Source: Thermoanaerobaculia bacterium (GTDB lineage: Bacteria; Acidobacteriota; Thermoanaerobaculia; Multivoradales; UBA5704). From it: a stretch of 64,000 nt of DNA. Positions 9,726 through 19,487 of this stretch are shown here, piece by piece. Under the pieces are notes generated by a model, which was given only the letters and a program-made list of their open reading frames with translations, ran no database searches and was not told the origin of the DNA. The stretch covers positions 1,852-65,851 of the forward strand of contig JBIOUG010000097.1 in NCBI GenBank assembly GCA_044866775.1, read 5' to 3'. Both the position numbers and the translations under genes were made by a program. Within the stretch, counting starts at the first letter, position 1, and the number at the start of each line of letters is the position of its first letter.

Positions 9726-10037
9726 ATGAGACAGCGTCACCTCCGCCTCACCGTCAGCTTGTCTCTGTTCCTTGTCCTCGCGGCCGCCCCTGCTCTGCAG
9801 GCGCTCCCTTCGCAGCGGCCGGCGGAGGCTCTCTGGCAGTCGCCCGTGGCGCTCTTCGTCGACTGGCTCGCCAAGATCGCCGACCGGCTGGGCTGGGCGG
9901 ACACGGCCGGCGAGCCGGCGCCGCGCGCCGTCCTGGCGCCGGACGAGGAAGGTGGAACCCCGCCCCCACCCACGCCGGATGGCGACGACGGCATGTGCAC
10001 CGACCCCGACGGGCACCGCGTACCCTGCACGCCGTAG
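9726..10037 (+). CDS. Small secreted peptide precursor with C-terminal GMCTDPDGHRVPC motif
   Basis: ATG 9726, Sec signal peptide (..LVLAAAPALQA), amphipathic W-rich helix, Pro/acidic linker, two Cys. Confidence 0.6.
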   Translation: MRQRHLRLTVSLSLFLVLAAAPALQALPSQRPAEALWQSPVALFVDWLAKIADRLGWADTAGEPAPRAVLAPDEEGGTPPPPTPDGDDGMCTDPDGHRVPCTP

Positions 10038-10127
10038 GTGAGCCGTGCCACGGGTCGAGGTTTTGCGCATGCGCCCGGGCCTCGTGGCAACGTTCTCGCA
10101 TGCAATCAGGCCCCTGAAGGGGAAGCT

Positions 10128-11486
10128 GTGCTCGAAGTACTGAAGCAGAAGCGCCACGCGATCCGGACTTCAACGCTCAAGCGCTTCGTCGCCGGGCAGG
10201 CGAACCGGCACGAGGGGCAAGAGATCGTGCGCCATCTCGTCGACGGCTGCGAAGCCTGCCGGCGGTGGATCCGGAACAACGCCTGGGGACCGACAGGGGA
10301 GCGCCCGGAGCCGCCGCCGGGAGCCTACGACCGAGCGTTCGCCGCCGCCGAGGCGGTGGCCCGGGCGGAGGCCGAGCGCCGCAGTCTCGAGGTGCGGGAG
10401 CTGCTCGCCGAGCTCGCGGCGCTGCCAACTGAGGAACGAGAGGCGAGGATCGGCAACTCGCGGCGCTTCGGCTCCACAGCTCTCGCGGCGGTTCTCGTCG
10501 CGCGAAGCCACGAAGCGCGCTATCGCGACGCGGACGCCATGCTCGCCGACGCGCGCCTGGCCGTTGCCGCGGCCGAAGCCGCGGCGGCGGTGGCGCGCGC
10601 CGAGGAGTTGCTCGAGGTCAAGGACTGCCTGGCCAAGGCCTGGGGTCAGCTCGCCAACGTCCATCGCCTGCGGGGCAGCCTGCTCGACGCCGAGGACGCG
10701 TTCGCGGTGGCCTTCCATCACCTCGAGGAGGGGACCGGCGAGCTCGGGCTACGGGCGGAGCTCTACGGCCGTCTCGCTTCGCTGCGCCGCGCGCGACGCC
10801 AGTTCTACGAGTCGATCGAGCTCCTACGGCGAGCGATCGCCATCCATCGGCGCCTCGACGATCCTTCGGGAGAGGCCGCGGCCCGGATCAAGCTCGGCAT
10901 TTCTTACATCTATGCCGGCGATGCCCAGGCGGCGGTCGGGCTCCTCACTCGCTGCCTGGAGGAGCTCGACCCGCGGCACCATCTCGATCTCGTCCGCGCC
11001 GCCAGCCAGAACCTGGTTGTCTGCTACTTGGACCTGGGGCAGCCGGCGCGCGCCCATGCGCTGTGGGTCGAGACGGAGCCGCTGTTCGCCGGCTGCGACG
11101 ACGAGTTGGAGCTGCTCCGCCGCGCTTGGCGCCGCGGCACGATCGACGGCGAGCTGGGGCGTCTCGACATCGCCGAGGCCTGCCTCCTGGCGGTGCGCGA
11201 GGGCTTCCTCGGCCACGGGCTCGCAATGGAGTCGGCGATCGCCTCCCTCCACCTCGCCGCCGTCTACCTGCGGCAGCGCCGTGTCGCCGACGTGGTGCGC
11301 ACGATCGGCGAGATCATCCCCATCTTCCAGTCCTTCGGCTGGGAGCAGGAGATCCTCGCCTCGCTCACCCAGCTCGCCGGCGTCGCGCACGACGTGCGGG
11401 CCGCCCTCGAGCTGCTCAAGCACATCTCGCGCTCCGTCGAGCGCGGCGCCGACAGCCTGGCGAGCGCCGGCCTGCCTCACGACTGA
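10128..11486 (+). CDS. TPR-repeat protein with N-terminal zinc-finger anti-sigma-like motif
   Basis: GTG after GAAGGGGA RBS; H..x17..HLVDGCEAC resembles the ZAS HxxxCxxC motif; multiple TPR-like helix pairs; no signal peptide. Confidence 0.75.
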   Translation: MLEVLKQKRHAIRTSTLKRFVAGQANRHEGQEIVRHLVDGCEACRRWIRNNAWGPTGERPEPPPGAYDRAFAAAEAVARAEAERRSLEVRELLAELAALPTEEREARIGNSRRFGSTALAAVLVARSHEARYRDADAMLADARLAVAAAEAAAAVARAEELLEVKDCLAKAWGQLANVHRLRGSLLDAEDAFAVAFHHLEEGTGELGLRAELYGRLASLRRARRQFYESIELLRRAIAIHRRLDDPSGEAAARIKLGISYIYAGDAQAAVGLLTRCLEELDPRHHLDLVRAASQNLVVCYLDLGQPARAHALWVETEPLFAGCDDELELLRRAWRRGTIDGELGRLDIAEACLLAVREGFLGHGLAMESAIASLHLAAVYLRQRRVADVVRTIGEIIPIFQSFGWEQEILASLTQLAGVAHDVRAALELLKHISRSVERGADSLASAGLPHD

Positions 11487-11712
11487 GCCCGCAGCTCCGG
11501 CGCGAGTCCCTTCTGGCCGACGGGCGGGGCGGAGGAGCTGCTGCCTCCGGCACGATCGCGGGTGCGCTGAGCGGACGGGCCGGCGCGCCGGCCGCGCGGG
11601 CAGAGTGCCGGCGCTCGTCGCGGGCCGCGTGGACCGCGAGGGCCGCCGCCGCGGCCAGATGGGTGACGACCTGCGGCTCGTGGACACTCCGCCTGCCCAG
11701 GCGGGAAAGCGA

Positions 11713-11907
11713 CCGGACCGGCGTCTTTCCCTCCCGGACCGAGCCCTTCCCCTCCTGGCCATCCGTCGTTCCCTCGTGGACCGCGCTTCCGCCCGCATGG
11801 ACGAGGTTCGCTCCCTGCCGGGCGCCGCTCCCGCTGTCGTGGACGGTGGTCGTCGCCTCGCCGCTGACCCTCGCTTCTGGGTGGACGACCGCCCGTCGCT
11901 CCCGCGC
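11713..11907. repeat. Degenerate 21-bp-period tandem repeat
   Basis: NNGGAC-like hexamers at 11713, 11734, 11755, 11776, 11797, 11818, 11839 and 11881, all multiples of 21 bp apart. Confidence 0.6.
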
Positions 11908-11991
11908 GCCCGCGCGGCGGTCCCGGCCCGGCACGCGCCGACGCCGGCAACCAGGTGCGCCCGGCCGCCGCCGGCACGGGGCCTCGGCCGG

Positions 11992-12020
11992 TTGCCAGAC
12001 GGCGCCCCTTCTGCCACAAT
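11992..12020 (+). promoter_or_regulatory. Putative sigma70 promoter for the glycosyltransferase operon
   Basis: TTGCCA, 17 bp, CACAAT with an extended -10 TG at 12012-12013. Confidence 0.45.
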
Positions 12021-12086
12021 TCCGCCCGCGCACCCGCGAACAGTCTGACCGCGTTGGGTTTGACCGCGCAGTAGCAGTCCATCGAC

Positions 12087-13310
12087 GTGCCGATCGCTCG
12101 ACCCGAAGTCGACCTCCGCTTCGCCGGGATGCCTGAGCCGGAAGCGCCGCCGCCGGCGCCCGCCGGCGCGCCATTCCCGCGCCGCCGCCGCGGCCTGGTC
12201 CTGGTCTCGGCCGGGCTGGCGCTCGAGGGCGGCGGCCGGGCCCTGGCCGGGCGCCTCCTGGCCGGCGCCTGCGCCGCCTACGCGCGCGAGGAAGGCATCG
12301 GCTTCCGCGTGCTCGCCCTCGGCTCGGCGCCGCTGCCGGTCGACTGCGCGGCCGCGCGCTGCTTCGGCGATTGCCAGCTCGCCCTCGCCCGTGCCGCCTG
12401 GGCGGGCCAGCTCCGCCGCCGCCCGGAGGCGTACGTCTTCGATCTCCTGGGACCGGCGCGGGTGCAGGCGCTGCTGCCCGCTTCCCGCCGCGCGCCGTAT
12501 CTGGTGCCGCTCTACGGCATCGAGGCCTGGCGCCCGCTCTCCTGGGACCGCGCCCGCGCCCTGCGGCTCGCCGACGCGGTCGTCGCGATCTCGCGCCACA
12601 CCGTCGAGCGTGCCCGCCCGTTCTGCCCCGGCCTCGACCGCGCCGCGGTCCTGCCGCTGGCGCTCGAGGAGCGGCCGCCGGAAGGCGCCGTGGACCGCGC
12701 GCTCCTCGAGCGGCTCGGCGACGGCTTCGTGCTCATCGTCGGGCGCCTGGCGCCCGGCGAGCGCTACAAGGGGCACGACGAGCTGCTCGAGGCGATCCCC
12801 CGCCTGCTGGCCGCGGCGCCGGAAGCGCGGCTCGTCGTGGCGGGCGACGGCGCCGACCGGCCGCGCCTCGCCGCCCGCGCGGCGAGCCTCGGCTTGGACG
12901 GCCGCGTGACCTTCACCGGCTTCGTCAGCGAAGCCACTCTCGCCGAGATCTACCGGCGCTGCGCCCTCTTCGCCATGCCCAGCCGCGGCGAGGGCTTCGG
13001 GCTCGTGTTCCTCGAAGCGATGCGCGCCGCCAAGCCCTGCGTCGCGGCGCGCGGCAGCGCCGCCGAGGAGGTCGTGGTGGACGGCGAGACCGCGCTCCTC
13101 GTCGACCCCGCCGACGGCGAGGCGCTGGCGGCGGCGCTCGCCCGCCTGCTGCGCGAGCCGGCCCTCGCCCACCGCCTCGGCGAGACCGGCCGGCGGCGCT
13201 GGCAGCGCGAGTTCACGGTCGAGCGCTTCCGCGCCGGCCTCCGACCGCATCTCGACCGCCTGACGCGGGAGGCGCCGGCGCTCCCGCGCCGGGCCCCGAG
13301 CGACGTCTAG
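12087..13310 (+). CDS. GT4 family glycosyltransferase
   Basis: VGRL..ERYKGHD and MPSRGEGFGLVFLEAM motifs. Confidence 0.9.
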   Translation: MPIARPEVDLRFAGMPEPEAPPPAPAGAPFPRRRRGLVLVSAGLALEGGGRALAGRLLAGACAAYAREEGIGFRVLALGSAPLPVDCAAARCFGDCQLALARAAWAGQLRRRPEAYVFDLLGPARVQALLPASRRAPYLVPLYGIEAWRPLSWDRARALRLADAVVAISRHTVERARPFCPGLDRAAVLPLALEERPPEGAVDRALLERLGDGFVLIVGRLAPGERYKGHDELLEAIPRLLAAAPEARLVVAGDGADRPRLAARAASLGLDGRVTFTGFVSEATLAEIYRRCALFAMPSRGEGFGLVFLEAMRAAKPCVAARGSAAEEVVVDGETALLVDPADGEALAAALARLLREPALAHRLGETGRRRWQREFTVERFRAGLRPHLDRLTREAPALPRRAPSDV

Positions 13311-13312
13311 CC

Positions 13313-15163
13313 ATGTGCGGCATCAACGGCCTCCTCCGCCTGCGCGACGACGCGCCGCCGCTCGACCCGGGCGAGCTGCTCGCGACGCGCGACGCCATGG
13401 CGCGCCGCGGCCCGGACGGCGAAGGCGCCTGGCTCGCGCCCGACGGCCGCGTCGCCCTCGCCCATCGGCGGCTCGCGATCCTCGACCTCTCTCCCGCCGG
13501 CGCGCAGCCGATGGCCTCGCCCGACGGGCGCCTGCGCATCGTGCTGAACGGCGAGATCTACAACTTCCGCGCCCTGCGGGCCGAGCTCGAGCGCGACGGC
13601 CGGAGCTTCCGCTCGCAGAGTGACACCGAGGTGCTGCTCGCCCTCTACGCGCGCGATGGCGAGGCGATGCTCGGTCGGCTGCGCGGGATGTTCGCGCTGG
13701 CGCTCTGGGACGCCGAGCGCGGCCGGCTGCTGCTGGCCCGCGACCCCCTCGGGATCAAGCCGCTCTACTACGCGGTCGCGGGCGGCGTCCTGCGCTTCGC
13801 CTCGCAGGTCAAGGCGCTCGAGGCCGGCGGCGGCATCCCGCTCGCGCTCGACCCGGCCGGCCTCGGCGGTTTCCTCTTGTGGGGATCGGTCCCCGAGCCC
13901 TGGACCCTGCGCCGCGCCGTGCGGGCGCTACCCGCCGGGCACCTGCTGCGCGTCGAGCAGGGCCGCGTCGACGGACCGCTCGCCTTCTATCGCCCCGCCG
14001 TGGAGCCGCCGCCGGAGCCGGCCGCCGACGCGCCCGATGCGCCCGATCTGGTGACCGCCCTCGCCGAGTCGGTGCGCGACCATCTGGTCTCCGACGTGCC
14101 GGTCGCGGTCTTCCTCTCCGCCGGTCTCGACTCGAGCCTGCTCGCGGCGCTCGCCTGCCGCGCGCTGCCGGAGCCGCCGGCCACCTTCACCTTACGCTTC
14201 GACGCCCTCGCCGGCACGCCGCTCGACGAGGCGCCGCTCGCCGCCGAGGTCGCGCGGCGGCTGGGCACCCGCCACCTCGAGCGCACCGTCCGGCGCGAGG
14301 AGTTCCTCGACCTCTGGCCGGCCGCTCTCGCCGCCATGGACCAGCCGTCGATCGACGGCTTCAACATCTTCCGGGTGAGCCGCGCGGCGCACGCGGAAGG
14401 GCTCAAGGTGGTCCTCTCAGGCCTCGGCGGCGACGAGCTGTTCGGCAGCTATTCCTCGTTCGCCGACGTGCCGCGGCTCGCCCGCGCCGCGCGCCGCGGC
14501 CGGCGCCTGCCGGGCCTCGCGCCGCTCTGGCCGCCGCTCGCCCGCGGCGTCTTCCGCGACCGGCCGAAGCTCGCCGGCGCGCTGCGCTACGGCGCCACGC
14601 TGCCCGGGGCCTACTTTCTGCGCCGCGCCCTGTTCCTGCCCGAAGAGCTGCCGGCGTTGCTCGGGCGCGACGGCGCCGCCGAGACGCTTGCCGCCTACGA
14701 TCCGGTCGCCGACGCCGGCAAGCTCCTGCCGTCGTCTCACCGCAATGGCCACCTAGGCGCCGCCGCTGCCTGGCAGGCGGTGCATCTCATGGAGACGACG
14801 CAGTACATGCGGAACCAGCTCCTGCGCGACGCCGACTGGGCCGCCATGGCCCACTCGCTCGAGCTGCGGGTGCCGCTGGTCGACGCGCGCCTCTACGCCC
14901 AGCTCGCGGCGCTCGACTTCGAGCCGGCGCGGTCGCTGGGCAAGGCCGAGGTGGTGCGGCGGGCGGCGCCGGAGCTGCCGGAGGCGGTCTTCCGCCGGCC
15001 GAAGACGGGCTTCTATGTGCCGGTCACCGCGTGGCTCGCCGGCGCCGGAACCGGAGCGGCTTCCGCGCCGCCGAGTTTGGGGGCGCAATCGCGCTTGCTG
15101 GCGCGCCGGGTGCTGGCGGAGCACGGGGTTACGCTCGCCGACGATCCCAGGGGAGACGGCTGA
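13313..15163 (+). CDS. asnB: Asparagine synthase-family glutamine amidotransferase (likely polysaccharide amidation, WbpS-like)
   Basis: MCGI with catalytic Cys, RRGPD, HRRLAILD, NGEIYN, LSAGLDSS, SGLGGDELF; inside the glycan locus. Confidence 0.9.
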   Translation: MCGINGLLRLRDDAPPLDPGELLATRDAMARRGPDGEGAWLAPDGRVALAHRRLAILDLSPAGAQPMASPDGRLRIVLNGEIYNFRALRAELERDGRSFRSQSDTEVLLALYARDGEAMLGRLRGMFALALWDAERGRLLLARDPLGIKPLYYAVAGGVLRFASQVKALEAGGGIPLALDPAGLGGFLLWGSVPEPWTLRRAVRALPAGHLLRVEQGRVDGPLAFYRPAVEPPPEPAADAPDAPDLVTALAESVRDHLVSDVPVAVFLSAGLDSSLLAALACRALPEPPATFTLRFDALAGTPLDEAPLAAEVARRLGTRHLERTVRREEFLDLWPAALAAMDQPSIDGFNIFRVSRAAHAEGLKVVLSGLGGDELFGSYSSFADVPRLARAARRGRRLPGLAPLWPPLARGVFRDRPKLAGALRYGATLPGAYFLRRALFLPEELPALLGRDGAAETLAAYDPVADAGKLLPSSHRNGHLGAAAAWQAVHLMETTQYMRNQLLRDADWAAMAHSLELRVPLVDARLYAQLAALDFEPARSLGKAEVVRRAAPELPEAVFRRPKTGFYVPVTAWLAGAGTGAASAPPSLGAQSRLLARRVLAEHGVTLADDPRGDG

Positions 15164-16473
15164 TGGAGGCCGTCACCGTCGCCGTCGCTCCGGCGGGTCC
15201 GGTCGCCCGCCTCAAGCGCTGGAGCGGCATTTTCGCCGCCTACTTCACCACGCAGACCGTGACTCAGCTCGCCGGAATCGCGGCCGGCCTGCTGCTGGTA
15301 CGGGCGCTGCCCGTGCGCGAGTTCGCGCTCTATACGATGGCCGCGTCGGTGATCGGCTTCTTTTCCTTCGTCACCGACTTGGGGAGCACGACCTCCCTTC
15401 TCCACTTCTTCCGCCGCGACAAGGGAGGAGCGGAGTTCGCTGCCTACCGGCGAGCGGTGTTGTCGCTTCGGCGCCTCGCCTTCCTGCTCGGGATGCTGGC
15501 GGTTCTCGCCGCGTTTCCGGCGGCGGCCGCCGCCGAGGGATTCAGCGCCGGTGAGTCGCTGCTGGCCACCGCCGGCATCCTCCTCTGCGTCTGGTTTCAG
15601 ATCGACGCCTCGCTCCGGCTCCTGACGCTCCGTCTCCAAGATCGCTACGGCCGCTCCTACCGCGCCGAGCTGGCGGGCGCGCTCCTCCGTCTCGGCGCGA
15701 CCGCGGCTCTGATCGCGCTCGCCTGGCTCGAGGCGTGGCTCGCAATCCTCGCCACCACCGCCGGCACGGCGCTCGCCGCGCGCCTCGCCACGGCGGCGGA
15801 GCCAGCCGAGGCGGGCGCTGCCGAGTCCGTACCGCCCTTGGGCCCCTACCGCCGACGGGTCGTCCACTACCTCCTCCCCACTCTGCCGAGCGCCTTCTAT
15901 TTCGCTCTTCGGGGGCCGCTCACGGTCTGGCTCGCTGCCGCCTTCGGCGCTCCTCAGACCATCGCCGAGGTCGGGGCGCTCGGGCGCCTCGGGCTCATCG
16001 TCGGTCTCTTCTCGGGGCTGATCGGCGTCGTCTTCCTGCCCCATCTTTCGCGCACCGACGACCGCCTCTACCTCCTCCGCTATCTGCAGTTCGGCGGACT
16101 GCTGGCGGCGGTGGCGGCGGCGCTCCTCCTCGCCGCCTGGGTGTCGCCGCGCCCGTTCCTCTGGCTCCTCGGCGAGCGCTATTCTGGCCTCGACCACGAG
16201 TTGCTGCTGGTGGTGGCCAACGCCGGAGTCGCGCTGATCGGCGGCTATGTGGTGAGCGTCAACATGGCCCGCTCCTGGACCCGGTGGCAGGCGCTGACCG
16301 TCGTCCTCGAGATGTGCGTGCTGGCCGCCGGCGTTGCTGCGCTGCCGCTGTCGACGAGCGCCGGGATCCTCACGCTGGGCCTCCTCTGCGCGGCCAGCGG
16401 CACGCTCCTCCAGACAGTCGTCACCTATGTCGGCTTCCGCCGCCCCGCCTGGGTCCAGTGGCACCGCGCCTGA
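15163..16473 (+). CDS. Polysaccharide flippase (Wzx-like, MOP superfamily)
   Basis: About 12 hydrophobic segments; N-terminal LLLVRALPVREFALYT pattern; locus context. Confidence 0.72.
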   Translation: MEAVTVAVAPAGPVARLKRWSGIFAAYFTTQTVTQLAGIAAGLLLVRALPVREFALYTMAASVIGFFSFVTDLGSTTSLLHFFRRDKGGAEFAAYRRAVLSLRRLAFLLGMLAVLAAFPAAAAAEGFSAGESLLATAGILLCVWFQIDASLRLLTLRLQDRYGRSYRAELAGALLRLGATAALIALAWLEAWLAILATTAGTALAARLATAAEPAEAGAAESVPPLGPYRRRVVHYLLPTLPSAFYFALRGPLTVWLAAAFGAPQTIAEVGALGRLGLIVGLFSGLIGVVFLPHLSRTDDRLYLLRYLQFGGLLAAVAAALLLAAWVSPRPFLWLLGERYSGLDHELLLVVANAGVALIGGYVVSVNMARSWTRWQALTVVLEMCVLAAGVAALPLSTSAGILTLGLLCAASGTLLQTVVTYVGFRRPAWVQWHRA

Positions 16474-16483
16474 GCGAGGAACC

Positions 16484-17479
16484 TTGTCTGCCGCGGTGAC
16501 GACCATCGAACCCCTGCGCGGAAAGCGTGTGCTGATCACGGGAGGCCTCGGCTTCATCGGCCTCAACGTGGCGCCGGCCTTCCTGGCCGCGGGGGCGCAG
16601 GTGCGCATCCTCAACCGCTCCGCCCACCCGCTGGCGCTGAAGTGGCTCGGCCAGATCGCGGACGGCCACCCGGTCGAGGTCTGCCAGGGGAACATCGGCG
16701 ATGGTGACGGGATGCGGGCGTGGCTCGCAGGCGTCGACGTCGTTGTCAACCTCGCCGGGGAGTCAGGCGCGGTCAAGAGCCTGCAGGAGGCGCGGTCGGA
16801 CATGCAGGTCAATGTCGCCGGCCACCTCACTCTCCTCGACACGGTGCGCACCATCGGGGCCTTGCCGCGCGTCGTCTTCGTCTCGAGCCGGCTCGTCTAC
16901 GGAGTGACCGGCTCGACTCCAGTTGCCGAGGAGCGCCCGGCGCGGCCGACCAGCCTCTACGGCTTGCACAAGCTGACGGTGGAGCACTACCACCGCATCC
17001 ATTGGGAGCAGTACGGCATCCCGTCGACGATCCTGCGGCTGACCAATCCCTACGGTCCGTTCCAACTGCCCCACCGCCTGCACTATGGCGTGGTCAACCG
17101 CTTCATCATGACCGCAATCCAAGGGGGGACCATCACCCTCTTCGGCGACGGCGGTCAGCTCCGCGACTACGTTTTCGCCGCGGACGTCGCGGAGGCCCTG
17201 CTGCGCGCGTGCGTCGAGGAACGCGCCGTAGGCCAGGTCCTGAACGTCGGCTCCGGAGTCTCGGTCGGTGTCGGAGAGGTGGCACGCCGCATCGTCGCCG
17301 CCGCGGGCTCAGGCAGCGTCGAATCCGCTCCTTGGCCGCACGACGAACAGAAGGTCGAGACCGGTGACTTCCTCTGCGACACCAGCCGTATCCGGGAGAT
17401 CCTCGGCTGGCAGGCCCGGACAGACCTCGACGACGGTCTGCGCCTGACCGTGCAGAGCTACCGGAGCCTCCTCACGTGA
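16484..17479 (+). CDS. NAD-dependent epimerase/dehydratase
   Basis: ITGGLGFIG, YGLHK (YxxxK), NPYGP and GDGGQLRDYVF motifs. Confidence 0.9.
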   Translation: MSAAVTTIEPLRGKRVLITGGLGFIGLNVAPAFLAAGAQVRILNRSAHPLALKWLGQIADGHPVEVCQGNIGDGDGMRAWLAGVDVVVNLAGESGAVKSLQEARSDMQVNVAGHLTLLDTVRTIGALPRVVFVSSRLVYGVTGSTPVAEERPARPTSLYGLHKLTVEHYHRIHWEQYGIPSTILRLTNPYGPFQLPHRLHYGVVNRFIMTAIQGGTITLFGDGGQLRDYVFAADVAEALLRACVEERAVGQVLNVGSGVSVGVGEVARRIVAAAGSGSVESAPWPHDEQKVETGDFLCDTSRIREILGWQARTDLDDGLRLTVQSYRSLLT

Positions 17480-18435
17480 CCGCCCTGACCTCACCGCCCA
17501 AGTCTCCAGGACGCGCACGGGCGGGTCTCACCCGCGTGCGCAACTCGGCCGCCTATCGCTCGTCGGCGGTCTACCGCCTCCTGTTGCGGCTGGTGCCGCC
17601 CCCCGCCACCCGCTCCCGGCCGGAGCTGCCGCTGACTCTGCTCACCTTCGGCGGCGCCGCCCACCTGGCGATGATCGAGCAGCTCCTCGCCTCCGTGCAC
17701 CGCGCGTGGCCGCGCCTGCCGCGGGTCCGTGTGGTGTCGGACGGGTCACTGCCGCTGGCGGCGGCGAGGGAGGCCCTGGCCTGGTGGCCCGGGAGCTGTG
17801 AGCTCGCGGTCTGGACCGATACCATCCCCGCGCTGCGCGCCGCGGGCCACGATCACCTCGTTCGCTTCGCCGAGCGCGAGCCCATGGGGAGGAAACTCGC
17901 GGCGGTGGCAGCCAGCGCCGCCGCCGGACCGACGGTCTACTGCGACGCGGACGTTCTCTGGTTCCGGTTCCCCGCGAGCCTCCAGCGGCTCCTCGCGATG
18001 CCGCCGCCGGCCCTCGTGATGTCGGAGGACCCGCACCCCGCCTACGATCCGGCGCTGGTGCCGGGGCTCCTTCCCCATCTCGCCGCGCCACCCCACTCCT
18101 GCGCCGGCCTGCTCTACGCGGCAGGCGACTTCCTGGGCGCGTGCGAGGTCGAGGACCTTCTTGCCTACGCGGCCGCGCACGGGATCGGAGTGACGGAGCA
18201 GACGATCCTCGCCGAGGTGAGTCATCAGCTCGGCGGCGGCCTTTGGCCGGCACGCGAGATCGCCCTCGTGGAAGGCGACCGCTTCACAATGGCCCCGAGC
18301 TTCCGCGGCTGCGCCTGGGCGGCGCGACACTACGTCGGCCAGGTGCGGCACATCTTCTGGCGCGATGCGCTGGCGCTGCGGATCGGCATGGCTCCCGGAC
18401 CGGTGCGGGATGACGGAACGGGGACGGCGCCATGA
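17476..18435 (+). CDS. Putative GT-A fold glycosyltransferase
   Basis: YCDADVLWF DxD motif, AGLL, TEQT, RHYVG; translationally coupled within the operon. Confidence 0.6.
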   Translation: MTALTSPPKSPGRARAGLTRVRNSAAYRSSAVYRLLLRLVPPPATRSRPELPLTLLTFGGAAHLAMIEQLLASVHRAWPRLPRVRVVSDGSLPLAAAREALAWWPGSCELAVWTDTIPALRAAGHDHLVRFAEREPMGRKLAAVAASAAAGPTVYCDADVLWFRFPASLQRLLAMPPPALVMSEDPHPAYDPALVPGLLPHLAAPPHSCAGLLYAAGDFLGACEVEDLLAYAAAHGIGVTEQTILAEVSHQLGGGLWPAREIALVEGDRFTMAPSFRGCAWAARHYVGQVRHIFWRDALALRIGMAPGPVRDDGTGTAP

Positions 18436-19487
18436 GCCTCATCCAGCTCGTTCCCCGCCTGCCGTCGCCGCCCGAGGGGGTCGGCGGCCACGCCCAAGCT
18501 CTCGCCGCGGCGTTGCGCGAGCGCGGCGGCGTCGAGAGCCGTTTCCTGGTGGGCGATCCCGCGTGGCCGGCCGGCGAGGCCGCCCGCGAGGCGAGGACGA
18601 TCCCGGCGCGCAGCGCCGTGACGCTCGAGCGCGTGCTCGAGGAGATGCGGGCCGAGACGGTGCTCCTCCACTACGCCAACTATGGCTATCAGCGCCGCGG
18701 CTGCCCCGCCTGGCTCGTCGCCGGACTGGCGCGCTGGCGCGCGCGCGGCGACGGCCGGCGCCTGGTGACGATCTTCCACGAGGTCCACGCCAGCGGCCCG
18801 CCGTGGCGCAGCTCGTTCTGGCTGCGGCCGCTGCAACGGCGGCTGGCGGCGGCTCTCGCCGCGGCGAGCGACGCGCTCGCGACCAGCCTCGACCTCTATG
18901 CTCGCGCGCTCCTGTCCTGGGCGCCGGGCAAGCGGATCGTGGTCTTGCCGGTCTTCTCGAACGTCGGCGAGCCGGCCGCCGTGTCGCCGCTCGCGACCCG
19001 CCGGCGGCGGCTGATCGTCTTCGGCGGCGCCGGCGTCCGCGCGCGCGCTTACGGACGGGCGCTGCCGGAGCTGGCGGTGGCCTGCGAGCGGCTGGGCATC
19101 GAGGAGGTGCTGGACGTCGGCCCGGGGGCGGAGACGCCGGCGCCGGCGACGATCGGCGGCGTGCCGGTGCGGTCGGTCGGACCGCTCCCCGGCTCGGCGG
19201 TGGGGACTCTCCTCGGCGAGTCCCTCGCCGGCTTCCTCGCCTACCCGCCGCCGTTTCTCGCCAAGTCGACGATCTTCGCCGCCTATTGCGCGCACGGCAT
19301 GCTGCCGGTCTGCTCCTGGACCGGCGCTTCCCGCCCCGGCGCTCCGCTCGACGCCCGGCTCTACTGGCGGCCGCGATCCAACGGCTTCCCGCCCGATGCC
19401 CAGGCGATCGCCAGCGCCGGCCGGAGCTGGTACCTCGAGCACGCGTTGGCCCGGCAAGCCGAGACCTACCGCGAGCTGCTGGCGTGA
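18432..19487 (+). CDS. GT-B fold glycosyltransferase (divergent GT4-like)
   Basis: EGVGGHA N-terminal motif, FHE, SNVGEP, KSTIFAAYCAHG. Confidence 0.7.
   Translation: MSLIQLVPRLPSPPEGVGGHAQALAAALRERGGVESRFLVGDPAWPAGEAAREARTIPARSAVTLERVLEEMRAETVLLHYANYGYQRRGCPAWLVAGLARWRARGDGRRLVTIFHEVHASGPPWRSSFWLRPLQRRLAAALAAASDALATSLDLYARALLSWAPGKRIVVLPVFSNVGEPAAVSPLATRRRRLIVFGGAGVRARAYGRALPELAVACERLGIEEVLDVGPGAETPAPATIGGVPVRSVGPLPGSAVGTLLGESLAGFLAYPPPFLAKSTIFAAYCAHGMLPVCSWTGASRPGAPLDARLYWRPRSNGFPPDAQAIASAGRSWYLEHALARQAETYRELLA

Noticed and set aside
11487-12086. Protein-coding gene in the gap after the TPR gene
   Set aside because: All frames give low-complexity products with no RBS or motif; only the 21-bp periodicity is supported
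13313-15163. First asparagine synthase as a second lasso cyclase
   Set aside because: It keeps the Cys1 glutaminase domain, sits among glycosyltransferases and has no RRE or precursor nearby
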